DNA of 64,000 nt. Origin: a virus. The DNA lies in IMG/VR virus record IMGVR_UViG_3300028581_000020, positions 40,528 through 104,527 of that record; one strand, written 5' to 3'. The position numbers were made by a program, and so were the translations under genes. The notes beneath the pieces were generated by a model. The model had not been told where the DNA came from and searched no databases. It saw only the letters and a program-made list of their open reading frames with translations. Positions 38,899 through 48,083 of the stretch are shown piece by piece; positions within the stretch are counted from its first letter, which is position 1, and each line of letters opens with the position of its first letter.

Positions 38899-39154
38899 TT
38901 TCGCTATCCTCCACGATTTTACGCAACCGCTCCGGGTTCACGTTTATAAGCTTCAGGATGCGGAGCACGACATTGCGCTCCCCCTCCCAAAAAATATGAC
39001 GGTTGGGAGCTGCCGGATCAAACGTGCACGACAGGACGTGATGCTGTTTGATTAAATCACGCAGCACGCGCTCCCCTGCCTGAGACGAAAAGATTTGCTT
39101 GTAGTCCTTCACACGCGCGAGCGCGGAATTCTCGACTTCTTTATTGTCAGCCAC
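38888..39154 (-). CDS. Bbp19-like head assembly protein
   Basis: YKQIFSSQAGERVLRDL...EGERNVVLRI; downstream of the portal gene. Confidence 0.75.
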   Translation of the reverse strand: MADNKEVENSALARVKDYKQIFSSQAGERVLRDLIKQHHVLSCTFDPAAPNRHIFWEGERNVVLRILKLINVNPERLRKIVEDSENGE

Positions 39155-39163
39155 GGGACTCCT

Positions 39164-40783
39164 TTACGCTTGTTTGGAAAGCTGCTCAAGTCCGATCGCG
39201 GTCGGCCCCAGTTTGGCGGCGCCATCGATCTGCTTTGCTTGCTGCTCCTGCGCCACGGCCTGCGCCTGCGCGTCGGCCCGTGCTTTCCGCTTCTGCTCAA
39301 CCTCATCCGCATCCCGGATGATCTCTTGCGGGAAGTTGAACACGCGAGCAGCAAACTTCAAAGCGGCATCGCCATTCAAGTTGTCGAGCACGCTCTGATC
39401 TGCCTGCACGAACGGCGCGATGAAATCCATCGTCTTCGAGATCGATTGCGCTTCCGCCACACGCTGCGCTTGCGCAATCATGGACGTGTACGCAACATCG
39501 ATCTGCCGGCCACGGAGAACTTCGGGGGCCTCGTCAATCATTCCCTTGCGCTGCATGATCTCAAACACGCGATCAATCAAGGGACGTAAGAATTCCGATT
39601 GCTGGCGACCGAGCATAGGGCCCAGCAAACGCATGCGCTCTTCAGTCCGCTGCATGACTTCCGTTGCCGTCATCTGCGGGCCAGTGTTGAGCTGCAACTG
39701 ATCGATATAGAACGTCTGCTTGATCCGCTCGCGGCGCTCGCGCATGACTTCAAACCCAAAATCCACGCGCGTGTCGTTGAACACGGGCTCGATCCGGTCT
39801 TGCGACCCTGCACGGTAGTAGCTCACGCCACCAGGGCGAGTTTTCAGCGGCATTACAAAGCCGTCGTCGGGCGCCTGCACCGGAGGATCGACGGCTTTCT
39901 GGGCGCCAATCAGCACCGTCTCAGTCATCTTGTTCAGGGTCTTCACATCCGGGAGTGCATTCATCCCGGGGCCGCGTCCGTAGACTTCGCCCGAGGCCTT
40001 CGTCCACCGCGGCACTACCAGGGGGAGTTCTCGGAACTGCCCCTCAGAGAGCTCCACTTCGTCCACTGACTTCAGAATGAACTGAGAGACGTAGCGGAAC
40101 TTGGCGGTGGAAACCTTGGCTGCATCCCGTGGATAGATCGCCTGGATCAATTCAAATTTGTCTTCCACGCCCTTTTCATAGGCGCGCTTCAGATTGCGCG
40201 AGAGCTCGAGAACTTTCTCTCCGAATTGCTGCACGATCTGGCGCGCAGTCCACTGGAACGAGCGGTAGATTTCATCAATCTGCCCCTTGTTGTTCTCAGC
40301 GATGTAGAGCTCTTTGATGTGGCGAGCGGCAAACCGCACGACTTGATCCTCGTCCTCTTCAATCGAGAAACCGGCGGTGCCAATGCAGGGGAGATCAAGA
40401 TAATACTGGTGCACTTCCGTCTGGAAGTTTGAGCCGTTGAAGACATTAAGCATCTTGCGCGAGCTGTTTTGCAGCCACTTGCGCACATCATCGAGATCAT
40501 CGATCTCGGGGTTGCCGGTTGTGAGCATGAACCACTGCCCAGAGGGGTTTGTCAGCATCCCATGCAGCGCTCCTGCCAGGAGCTCATTCGATTGCACTCC
40601 CGTCGAATCCAGGAGCACGAGATTGCGCTTCTGCCCCGGCGAGTACACGGTGTTGATATCGGAGCGGTTTGGGAGCATGTAGGTTGCGCACTCACGCCAG
40701 TGGGATTCCCACGTCGTGCGATCGGCCTTGAGCTGCTCGAAGCGTTTGCAAATCTTTTTTGCCGAGAGCTTATCTGCTGCCAC
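39164..40783 (-). CDS. portal protein (head-to-tail connector)
   Basis: WESHWRE, LLDSTG, RW...GEVYGRGP, MTATEV...LGP motifs; GTG start. Confidence 0.95.
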   Translation of the reverse strand: MAADKLSAKKICKRFEQLKADRTTWESHWRECATYMLPNRSDINTVYSPGQKRNLVLLDSTGVQSNELLAGALHGMLTNPSGQWFMLTTGNPEIDDLDDVRKWLQNSSRKMLNVFNGSNFQTEVHQYYLDLPCIGTAGFSIEEDEDQVVRFAARHIKELYIAENNKGQIDEIYRSFQWTARQIVQQFGEKVLELSRNLKRAYEKGVEDKFELIQAIYPRDAAKVSTAKFRYVSQFILKSVDEVELSEGQFRELPLVVPRWTKASGEVYGRGPGMNALPDVKTLNKMTETVLIGAQKAVDPPVQAPDDGFVMPLKTRPGGVSYYRAGSQDRIEPVFNDTRVDFGFEVMRERRERIKQTFYIDQLQLNTGPQMTATEVMQRTEERMRLLGPMLGRQQSEFLRPLIDRVFEIMQRKGMIDEAPEVLRGRQIDVAYTSMIAQAQRVAEAQSISKTMDFIAPFVQADQSVLDNLNGDAALKFAARVFNFPQEIIRDADEVEQKRKARADAQAQAVAQEQQAKQIDGAAKLGPTAIGLEQLSKQA

Positions 40784-41185
40784 TTATTTCCCCGAAATCT
40801 GGCGCGCTGCGAGCGACCCGAAATATTGCTGTGCCGGCGACGGCTTAGAGAGGCCCACGTTCGGAGATGTCATCAGCTTCGCCGACTCTTCCGTCTGTGC
40901 GCGAGCCGCAGCTGCCCGGGCACTTGCAGCGGTAGCCGTCTGTGTGTACCGATTGATGAGATCATTCTGTTTGTTGATGATGTCGGGCTGGGCCAGGAAC
41001 GATTGATCGTCTTTGCTTGTGGCTCCCAGGGCTTCGATCTCGGCGAGATACGCCTTGCGCTCTTCATCCGAGAGCTCCGCATTCTTATTGACGGCGTTGA
41101 TGATCGAATCCCGCCCGCGGAGAACTTCCTGGCTGTAAAGCATGCCCTGTGCCGTGCCGGCCTGGCCGCGATCATTGCTACCCAT
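40784..41185 (-). CDS. hypothetical virion-associated protein
   Basis: GGAGG RBS; 133 aa between terL and portal. Confidence 0.6.
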   Translation of the reverse strand: MGSNDRGQAGTAQGMLYSQEVLRGRDSIINAVNKNAELSDEERKAYLAEIEALGATSKDDQSFLAQPDIINKQNDLINRYTQTATAASARAAAARAQTEESAKLMTSPNVGLSKPSPAQQYFGSLAARQISGK

Positions 41186-41201
41186 TGAAAGCCCTCCCCA
41201 T

Positions 41202-42533
41202 CTACCCTAGAATATCGTAGCTTGAGTCGGTATGATCCGGCAAGTGGTCGCGACGCGTCCTGACCGAATTGTCAATATTCCCCATGGCTACCAGGCGGAA
41301 ACCGTCCGCGCCGTGCGAGGCCCAGTTATGCAGGGGCTTCGTCGAAAAAATCTTGTTCTTTGCGTCCCACTTGCGCTCGTAGTTCTTGAGCGCATCGATC
41401 CCACGGGCGCACTTCTCCGCGTCAAACCACACCTTGGGTATCAGCAGGCGGGCTGCGTTGATCCCGTCTTCGACTGAGTGCCGGGGCAGGACCTTGGCTG
41501 TCACACCTAGATCCCGGAGCGACTGGATCCGGTTCTTTCCCGTCTGTAGCTCACGCGCCTCGGCATCGTGCGGAAGAATATGATCGCGGTACACGTAGCC
41601 ACCACGGCGCTGAGCACGCTTCTGAAGCTCGGCCACGTAGTGGGGGAGCGCCTGCCCAGAATCCTCCAGATAGTCGATCGCATGGAACTCCCTCCCCACT
41701 TGCTGAATGAACCAAATGACGAGCGAATCGCCGATCCCGAGGTCCCAGTAGGTATCGACGGGAACCGCGGGGTCATGTGGGACTTCGCAAATGCGGCCAG
41801 CTTTCTGTGCCGCTTCCATCTCTTTTCCGTAGTAGGCCCCGATAAGCGCTGCCGTAAACGAGCACTCAAACTCCTGCTCAAACTCCTCCGGCGACATAAT
41901 CGCCCGCGCGTCGTCCAGCTCCTTGGCTGGAACGATGCCCGTCTCAGAAGCTTTAAACACGCCCCAGTACCAGTCCTGATCAACACCAGATTTCGACTTC
42001 GCGACTTTTAAGATATCCCAGAAGTGGTTCTGCCCCTTGGGAGTACCGATGAAGATCGCCCAGCCCATCCGGTCCGAGAGCGCCGGGCGAATTACCTGCG
42101 ACCACACCAGGGGGTCCATTTCCGCGAATTCATCCAAAATAACCCCGTCAAAATACATCCCCCGGATCGATCCGGGGTTGTCGGCTCCCAGGAGTACAAT
42201 TCGGATCCGATCGCCCCCGTTGACGCCAGGGCGAGGAATATCCACTCGCAACTCAGCCTCATTTGCCGTCACCCCAGGGATATTCTTCGTGTACTCTTTG
42301 AGGTAATCCCACGCGACGCGCTTGGCTTGCCCGTAGTAGGGCGCAAAATATGCGTACTGCGGGTTCTTGCGCGGGCAACGGAGTGACTTGTCAACAACTT
42401 CGTTGATCGCAAGTACCGTTTTCCCGAAACGGCGATGGCAGACGAGCACATTGAAGCGCTTCAGGAGAGTATGAATCTTCTCCTGCAGTTTGCGCGGAAC
42501 GTACCCGGTTCCGACTTTCTTTTGCTGCATCAA
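41202..42533 (-). CDS. terL: terminase large subunit
   Basis: HRRFGKT (Walker A), ILDEFA (Walker B), GTPKG, WDLG, SHGADGF. Confidence 0.95.
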   Translation of the reverse strand: MMQQKKVGTGYVPRKLQEKIHTLLKRFNVLVCHRRFGKTVLAINEVVDKSLRCPRKNPQYAYFAPYYGQAKRVAWDYLKEYTKNIPGVTANEAELRVDIPRPGVNGGDRIRIVLLGADNPGSIRGMYFDGVILDEFAEMDPLVWSQVIRPALSDRMGWAIFIGTPKGQNHFWDILKVAKSKSGVDQDWYWGVFKASETGIVPAKELDDARAIMSPEEFEQEFECSFTAALIGAYYGKEMEAAQKAGRICEVPHDPAVPVDTYWDLGIGDSLVIWFIQQVGREFHAIDYLEDSGQALPHYVAELQKRAQRRGGYVYRDHILPHDAEARELQTGKNRIQSLRDLGVTAKVLPRHSVEDGINAARLLIPKVWFDAEKCARGIDALKNYERKWDAKNKIFSTKPLHNWASHGADGFRLVAMGNIDNSVRTRRDHLPDHTDSSYDILG

Positions 42534-42572
42534 TTCCCCCGGCCCCAGGATACCAGGGGGGAGGAAAAACCG

Positions 42573-42863
42573 CTAGGATTCACGAACGGGAATCCCGGGT
42601 TGCGCTAGATCATGTACCGTGATCGACAGCCACACCGTCCAGGGCTTGCAATTCTGGCACCCCGGATTCTGGCAGTGGGGCTGCTTCACCTTCTTCGTCA
42701 GCGTCGCTCCATGCAGGAGCTTCGCTGTGTCCCCGATCCCCGTGATCTGGTGTTCGACTATCAGCTTCTTGATCACCTCTGTCCGCAGTCCCGGAGCCTT
42801 CACCTGGAAGTGCTCGAGCTGGTTCCACGTCACCGCTGATGTCGTCTCGAATTCCACCCACAT
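42573..42863 (-). CDS. hypothetical Cys-containing protein overlapping the terS 3' end
   Basis: ATG 42863 with a G-rich RBS; HCQNPGCQNC; ordinary globular composition. Confidence 0.45.
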   Translation of the reverse strand: MWVEFETTSAVTWNQLEHFQVKAPGLRTEVIKKLIVEHQITGIGDTAKLLHGATLTKKVKQPHCQNPGCQNCKPWTVWLSITVHDLAQPGIPVRES

Positions 42864-43452
42864 CTTTTGCCCCCTGGAATCCCGGATCTCCGGGCCTACG
42901 AATACCCGTGTCAATGATTAATTGCAGGGGGGCTTGCGCATCCCCCGAAATTTTGACCTTGCTTCCCCAGTTTTCGGGGTCGAGTTTTTCCGCCTGCCAC
43001 TTCAAAGTCTCGACCGCGAGTTTAACTCCCGCAACTTCATCCTTGCCCGGCTCTGTAAGGGCGCGATTGACTGCATCCTGGGCAGCGTTTTCCGCTGCAA
43101 TCTTTTTTGCAAGCTGGACCTTCTCGCGGAAGTTCGGTTTGTCCGTCATCCACTTCATCAACACGCGAGCCGGCGGCATGCCTTCAATCTTTGCGACATC
43201 CGTAAACGTCGCTCCGCCTTGTACCAGGGAGGCCACACGGTCAGCCAGCCCCATCGAGTACACAAAGCGTCCGTCAACGCGGGCGAGCTGCTCACGGCCT
43301 ACCAGGGCCCCTGTCTCGACATCGATGAGGTTGTATTCCTGGATGCTCTCGTCCCATTCCCAGTGGACGTGCTGGCCCGCCTGCGAGGTTTGCAGGGGGG
43401 AGGAAGACGGGGCAAGTTCTAGGTCGAGCGGACGCGGAGTGGTCATTCTCAC
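42610..43452 (-). CDS. terS: terminase small subunit
   Basis: YSMGLADRV...GMPPARVLMKW...KLAVETLKWQAEKLDPENWG (Sf6-type); upstream of terL. Confidence 0.8.
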   Translation of the reverse strand: MRMTTPRPLDLELAPSSSPLQTSQAGQHVHWEWDESIQEYNLIDVETGALVGREQLARVDGRFVYSMGLADRVASLVQGGATFTDVAKIEGMPPARVLMKWMTDKPNFREKVQLAKKIAAENAAQDAVNRALTEPGKDEVAGVKLAVETLKWQAEKLDPENWGSKVKISGDAQAPLQLIIDTGIRRPGDPGFQGAKDVGGIRDDISGDVEPARALPGEGSGTADRGDQEADSRTPDHGDRGHSEAPAWSDADEEGEAAPLPESGVPELQALDGVAVDHGT

Positions 43453-43738
43453 AGGATACAGGATTTAAAACAATCCGGGAACCCGCGACATAGTTGCCGC
43501 ACTGCGTCAAATGAAAACTGAAAAACTTGTCCCGGTTGCAGTCGGCACCGAACGCCCTAACCGGTCTCGGGGAATTTGGGGGTGCACCCCTTTGAAAAGA
43601 CCCCCCGGGGGGCCCCGGCATCCGTCTATCAATGCGCGGCGGGCCGCTCTTATATACTAGACCCCGGTACCCTGGGGCGCACACGCCTAGGGGCTCGCGC
43701 TACCCTTATCCCGGGGGCGCACATTTATTTCACTTTGC

Positions 43739-43791
43739 TATTGACAAGGCTAATCACTTATCATAATGCACTGACTCACAATGTACCAACA
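43739..43791 (+). promoter_or_regulatory. early promoter region with AATGTACCAACA box
   Basis: TTGACA 43741-43746, CATAAT 43762-43767 (spacer only 15 nt), box 43780-43791. Confidence 0.45.
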
Positions 43792-43804
43792 CAAAGGAGT
43801 TCAA

Positions 43805-44053
43805 ATGAAACGCACCCTTCGTAACCTAACTCTAGGCCTTACCCTCGGCGCCGGGATCCCCGGAGTCCTCCTCTACAGCGCCCCAGTGCACGCCGCGGCA
43901 GGTGCCCAGGCTGCCAAAGGGGGAACTCCCCGAACGATTGATCCCAGGAATCCCTGCCATTGGTCCAAAACCCACATTGTATGGGTCCCTGAGACCCGGG
44001 GGTGCATGACCCCGGCCGCTTACTCCCAATGGTTGAAAGAACGCGCTAAATAG
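43805..44053 (+). CDS. small exported protein
   Basis: AAGGAG RBS; signal-peptide-like N-terminus ending VHA-A; two Cys. Confidence 0.65.
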   Translation: MKRTLRNLTLGLTLGAGIPGVLLYSAPVHAAAGAQAAKGGTPRTIDPRNPCHWSKTHIVWVPETRGCMTPAAYSQWLKERAK

Positions 44054-44412
44054 ATCGTACATGGCTAGATGGCATCTATCGGGGCATCAGGCCACTGAAT
44101 TCTCAAACATCTTTTTGGTTCCATATATCCAACGCGTATTTTTGCCAGATATCCTTATAATGCCTTTCCAGAAAAAAGATATTTTTTTTAGAGAAGTATC
44201 TGCCCTAGTCACTACTATGCAAATAGATTTTAGAAAATCAAGTACTTAGGGGAGTGACGAGGTACTTTAGGGCCTCGTCACTGCCCGGTAACTCATACCC
44301 TGCTAGATACTATCTGACACTTAGTTAGGTCAGACGCAAATTAAAACCTTGTCCAAACGCCATGCTACATGGCATGTAACACACACAACATCTAACCAAG
44401 GAGATTAACGCG

Positions 44413-44721
44413 ATGCCTGTAAAATTAGAAACTGTTAAAATTCGAGTACATGCCGCCGGTCAAGTGTTTGAAATGGAAGAAGGGGATAGCTTAGCGGCAC
44501 AGTGCCTAATACGTATCCCGGAACTAAGGAAACCCTATGAGCGGGACCTAAAAACGCTCCCGTTCGAAGACGCCGCCGAGATGGCGCAACGCTTTGAGGA
44601 TTGGCACCCCGGACTCCTAGACCTTCCCATCACCTGCCAGGTGTTATCCCTGCATTTGTACCGCGTAAGGCCCCGGGGAACCGGGAAGTACCGCCGCCTA
44701 GTGGCCACGCGCACGTTCTAA
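44413..44721 (+). CDS. hypothetical protein
   Basis: AAGGAG RBS; 102 aa. Confidence 0.7.
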   Translation: MPVKLETVKIRVHAAGQVFEMEEGDSLAAQCLIRIPELRKPYERDLKTLPFEDAAEMAQRFEDWHPGLLDLPITCQVLSLHLYRVRPRGTGKYRRLVATRTF

Positions 44722-44739
44722 TCCCCCTGCAAATAATCC

Positions 44740-44782
44740 TTGACTCTCAACGTCCCAACTATCATTATCAAATGTACCAACA
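44740..44782 (+). promoter_or_regulatory. sigma70-type promoter with AATGTACCAACA box
   Basis: TTGACT-N17-CATTAT (44740-44768), box 44771-44782. Confidence 0.55.
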
Positions 44783-44813
44783 GCCCTAAAAGCCGAATTG
44801 GAGCGGCTAAATC

Positions 44814-45068
44814 ATGAAATACCGATTTAAAACCACGTTGATAGCAACCTTGCTCGCAGGGAGCCTTGGGGTTTCCTCTTCTCCTGCAAATGCGATCGCG
44901 AAGCCGCGCATCTCCCTGGAAGATGCCGTCGAAAAGCTTCGTGTAAAGTATTCGATCATGGATGCATCCGAGAACATGCGTGCACGTCACAAGCAAGAAC
45001 GAGCGGAACTAAAAGAGCGCCAAAAAACTGAGCGCGAATCTCTCAAGTTCCAATTGGGGCGCAAATGA
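44814..45068 (+). CDS. small exported protein
   Basis: MKYRFKTTLIATLLAGSLGVSSSPANA signal-like leader; charged helix. Confidence 0.65.
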   Translation: MKYRFKTTLIATLLAGSLGVSSSPANAIAKPRISLEDAVEKLRVKYSIMDASENMRARHKQERAELKERQKTERESLKFQLGRK

Positions 45069-45253
45069 AAACAAAGCTTGCTGAAATCTTCCGCGAATAC
45101 TGGAACAACTTTCTTAGCGTTGAAGGCTTTGCATCGTATTATGGAATCCCGGTTTCCAGGGCGCAACGCATGATTAATCTAGGCCGCTGGGCGCACGACA
45201 AAGGCGCTAAAGCCCCTTGGACAATCCAGGGCCGCAAGGCAGGTAGCAAATGA
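45065..45253 (+). CDS. hypothetical protein
   Basis: ATGA-coupled; YWNNFLSVEGFASYYGI motif. Confidence 0.65.
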   Translation: MKTKLAEIFREYWNNFLSVEGFASYYGIPVSRAQRMINLGRWAHDKGAKAPWTIQGRKAGSK

Positions 45254-45465
45254 GTAAGGTCCAAGTAATTGAACAATCGCGAAGCGTCTTCATTACGTGG
45301 GACTTTGGCTCCCTGGGATCAAGCCAACGTTGGCTAAGAAAGATCCGGGGTGCCAAGTGTGTTTCCCCCTGCAGATATGTACGCAACTTATACGGCGAAG
45401 AGTTTTTGCTGCGCGAATATCAAGACAATCAAGGTACGCGTTTTTTAGTGAAGGAGAGTATTTAA
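45250..45465 (+). CDS. hypothetical protein
   Basis: ATGA-coupled early ORF. Confidence 0.55.
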   Translation: MSKVQVIEQSRSVFITWDFGSLGSSQRWLRKIRGAKCVSPCRYVRNLYGEEFLLREYQDNQGTRFLVKESI

Positions 45466-45720
45466 ATGAGACATTACATAAAACTTGACCGCAGCGGCCC
45501 TCGCGCAAAATCGTTTGGCTTTGGATCGAACAATAAGATCACGGAAGGCAAGCAGGACTTGACTTTTGAAGCTGAGTTCTTAACGCAGGAAAAACCCCGG
45601 GAGAATGATACACGCAAGTCCCTAGGTTCGGTGCAACTTGTCGTCCTCCCCTGCAAAACCCGAGAGCTACGGCATTGGCATAATGGTGTGTGCACGGTAC
45701 TCGCTATGGTGAAAGTATGA
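45466..45720 (+). CDS. hypothetical protein
   Basis: AAGGAG RBS. Confidence 0.6.
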   Translation: MRHYIKLDRSGPRAKSFGFGSNNKITEGKQDLTFEAEFLTQEKPRENDTRKSLGSVQLVVLPCKTRELRHWHNGVCTVLAMVKV

Positions 45721-45971
45721 ATGTGGATCTTGGTTACGTGGCAACACGTAGGAAGCGTATACTTGTGGAGCAATGGGAGTTGCCGTTCGCTACCTGCCAA
45801 GTGTGGGAAGCGCATGGACCCCCGGGAGCCCGCCACATTCAGCACAAGTATGCGGCATGCTACTTAGATGAGTTTGGAAAGAAGCAATGGCTACGAGAGC
45901 CTGAAACTGATTTTGAAACGGTGTCGGGAGCACGCACGGCAATTCTTATCTTCATGGAGACTTTAAAATGA
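45717..45971 (+). CDS. hypothetical protein
   Basis: ATGA-coupled start at 45717. Confidence 0.55.
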   Translation: MNVDLGYVATRRKRILVEQWELPFATCQVWEAHGPPGARHIQHKYAACYLDEFGKKQWLREPETDFETVSGARTAILIFMETLK

Positions 45972-46060
45972 CAGCAGATTACGGATGGAAATTGTGGGAG
46001 CTTGCAATTATTGTGGGTCTCATTATGCTAGTTGGAACAAAATTAGGGGTGATTAAATGA
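45968..46060 (+). CDS. 30-aa single-TM peptide (not in the ORF track)
   Basis: MTADYGWKLWELAIIVGLIMLVGTKLGVIK*; GGAG RBS; ATGA overlaps at both ends. Confidence 0.55.
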   Translation: MTADYGWKLWELAIIVGLIMLVGTKLGVIK

Positions 46061-46752
46061 GTTCAAAAAGTCGTGTGAGGCCAGGTGTTCCCGCGAGTCG
46101 GAAGGACCCTATGCCACCGAAATTTCCGGTGGAGATCCCCCCTGCAAAAAAAGAGCATTGGCAGGAGGAGCCGGTTAAAGGATGGCTGGACCCCTGGGAG
46201 TATTTCATCCAGGATCAAGTCAAACAAAAATACCCCGAATTACTTGCACTCACGCCTAGGCGTATGCAAGTGGTTGATCCCAAGTGGGCGGGGCGTGACG
46301 AGGAGTCCCGCCTGCAATGGTGGGCATGCTTTCTCTGGGCATTGGCGGGCCCTGAATCTAATCGTTCTCGGACGATGATCTATGTTGAGGGGACGATGGA
46401 TAAGGACCCCGTGACGGGCTTCCAGGTGCGCTCAGAGGGGTTACTCCAGCTGAGCTATCAGGACGTGCCCAACTATAAATATAAGGGTGAAATCTCCTGG
46501 GAGAAGGATCGGGAGCTTGCGCGCTTTGATTATGAGACGAAAGCGAAGTTCGGAGATGGACTGCGTACGTTGCATTCTGCTTACGCGAATCTTGACTTAG
46601 GTCTCTTCATCATGCGCAAGCATTTGGTTGAATTCAACTCGGATCGATCGTTTGAGGATGCACTAGGCAAATACTGGTATGTGATGCAAACGCGTAACAA
46701 GGAAGAGTTTGCGCAGGTGTTGGCTGGGCTTAAGACTCGGGGGATGCGGTGA
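46057..46752 (+). CDS. lysozyme / SLT-superfamily enzyme, Bdellovibrio DslA-like
   Basis: ALAGPESN (catalytic ES), YVE, SEGLLQLS, NLDLG, KYWYVM; no signal peptide. Confidence 0.7.
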   Translation: MSSKSRVRPGVPASRKDPMPPKFPVEIPPAKKEHWQEEPVKGWLDPWEYFIQDQVKQKYPELLALTPRRMQVVDPKWAGRDEESRLQWWACFLWALAGPESNRSRTMIYVEGTMDKDPVTGFQVRSEGLLQLSYQDVPNYKYKGEISWEKDRELARFDYETKAKFGDGLRTLHSAYANLDLGLFIMRKHLVEFNSDRSFEDALGKYWYVMQTRNKEEFAQVLAGLKTRGMR

Positions 46753-47051
46753 GAATCATCAAATTCGTCTCACGCGAAATTAGCGGTGGGCAGATTGCGC
46801 TCTATCCTATCTATGAGAATGGCAGGGAGGGTGCGCTTGCGTGTAAGTGTACGCCTGAAGTTGCGCACATGTTCATGAGCGCGCCAAGCCTTATGCGTAT
46901 GGCAGAGCAAGCAACTGGCTCCCCGGACCCCATCATGCGCAGTCTCGCGCGTACCTCGCTCGCACTCGCGAAGCGTGCGCCAGACGTTCTCCCTGCAAAT
47001 AGCCGCTCTGATGCGTTCATGAGCATCATTAGGGGGCTTCGGGATGGCTAA
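46749..47051 (+). CDS. hypothetical protein
   Basis: GTGA-coupled ORF. Confidence 0.55.
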   Translation: MRIIKFVSREISGGQIALYPIYENGREGALACKCTPEVAHMFMSAPSLMRMAEQATGSPDPIMRSLARTSLALAKRAPDVLPANSRSDAFMSIIRGLRDG

Positions 47052-47445
47052 GCGCATTGGACTCACCAAGGGTTTTCACTGCATTGTGAGTGATGAGGAC
47101 TTTGAATGGATCGGATCATTCAAATGGCACGCATCTATTGCAACGACAGATGAGCGCAGTATCCAAAAAGTATACGCGAAGCGCCGTAGGCGAGTCTCCG
47201 AGCCTGGCGAGACAGCCATGGTGTACATGCACCATGAGGTCATGAAGCGGCACTTGCGCGAGCAAGGCCTTGACGTTGACTTGGAGCTTGCAGGCAAGTA
47301 CATCGATCACGGGGATGGGGACTCTTTGAATAACACGCGCGAGAATCTTTGGCCTGTTTTGCCGAAAGAGAACATCCCACGCTACACGCTGATCCATAAT
47401 CAGCCACGCGTGAAGCGTGCGCTTAAGAAAGCGAGAAGGAAATGA
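47044..47445 (+). CDS. HNH endonuclease (HNH_3-like)
   Basis: LTKG...VSDEDFE...YMHHEVM...IDHGDGDSLNNTRENL. Confidence 0.85.
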   Translation: MAKRIGLTKGFHCIVSDEDFEWIGSFKWHASIATTDERSIQKVYAKRRRRVSEPGETAMVYMHHEVMKRHLREQGLDVDLELAGKYIDHGDGDSLNNTRENLWPVLPKENIPRYTLIHNQPRVKRALKKARRK

Positions 47446-47705
47446 CCCCCGAATCCAAGACCCCCAGCGCGTGGCCGAGTGAGGAAGACTTCTGTCACAT
47501 AGCGTGGGAGTGTTTCGGCCAAGACATTGCGTCGCATAACTTCAAAGGCCTCTACGCAGTTCTCACCACCCGCCTCAAAGACCACGTCATCCTACCAAGG
47601 GATCAGGTGGAGAAGCTAAGGGAAGAGATTGTGAGCGACGTTAAGTCTCTGCGTACATTCGACTGCCTCAACATCCTCGACGCCGCATTAACAAACAACA
47701 AGTAA
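47442..47705 (+). CDS. hypothetical protein
   Basis: AAGGA RBS, ATGA overlap. Confidence 0.6.
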   Translation: MTPESKTPSAWPSEEDFCHIAWECFGQDIASHNFKGLYAVLTTRLKDHVILPRDQVEKLREEIVSDVKSLRTFDCLNILDAALTNNK

Positions 47706-47714
47706 AGGAGACCT

Positions 47715-48083
47715 ATGGAAATCAGTGCAAATGAAATTGAAATCAACGGCCAAAAGTACGTGAAGAAAGGCACACAGTCGCAGGCAACATCGCCTGAAGG
47801 ACTTCCCTACGTCATCATCCGCAGCGAGGGGGCTGGCGTCTTTGCCGGTTACTTGAAAGAGCAGAATGGTCAGGAAGTCGTGATCCTTGAGTCTCGTCGT
47901 CTTTGGTATTGGTCTGGTGCCGCATCGCTCAGTCAGCTTGCCATTGACGGTACATCGAAGCCCAAAGACTGCAAGTTCCCCGAGGCTGTGTCGTCACAGA
48001 AGATTTTCAAGGTGCTTGAGATCATCAATGTGACCCAGAAAGCAAAAGACTCGATTGCGAGCGTGAAGCCGTGGCAACTGTAG
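47715..48083 (+). CDS. conserved phage protein (DUF6948-like)
   Basis: YVIIRSEGAGVFAG...RRLWYWSGAASLSQLAIDG. Confidence 0.75.
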   Translation: MEISANEIEINGQKYVKKGTQSQATSPEGLPYVIIRSEGAGVFAGYLKEQNGQEVVILESRRLWYWSGAASLSQLAIDGTSKPKDCKFPEAVSSQKIFKVLEIINVTQKAKDSIASVKPWQL

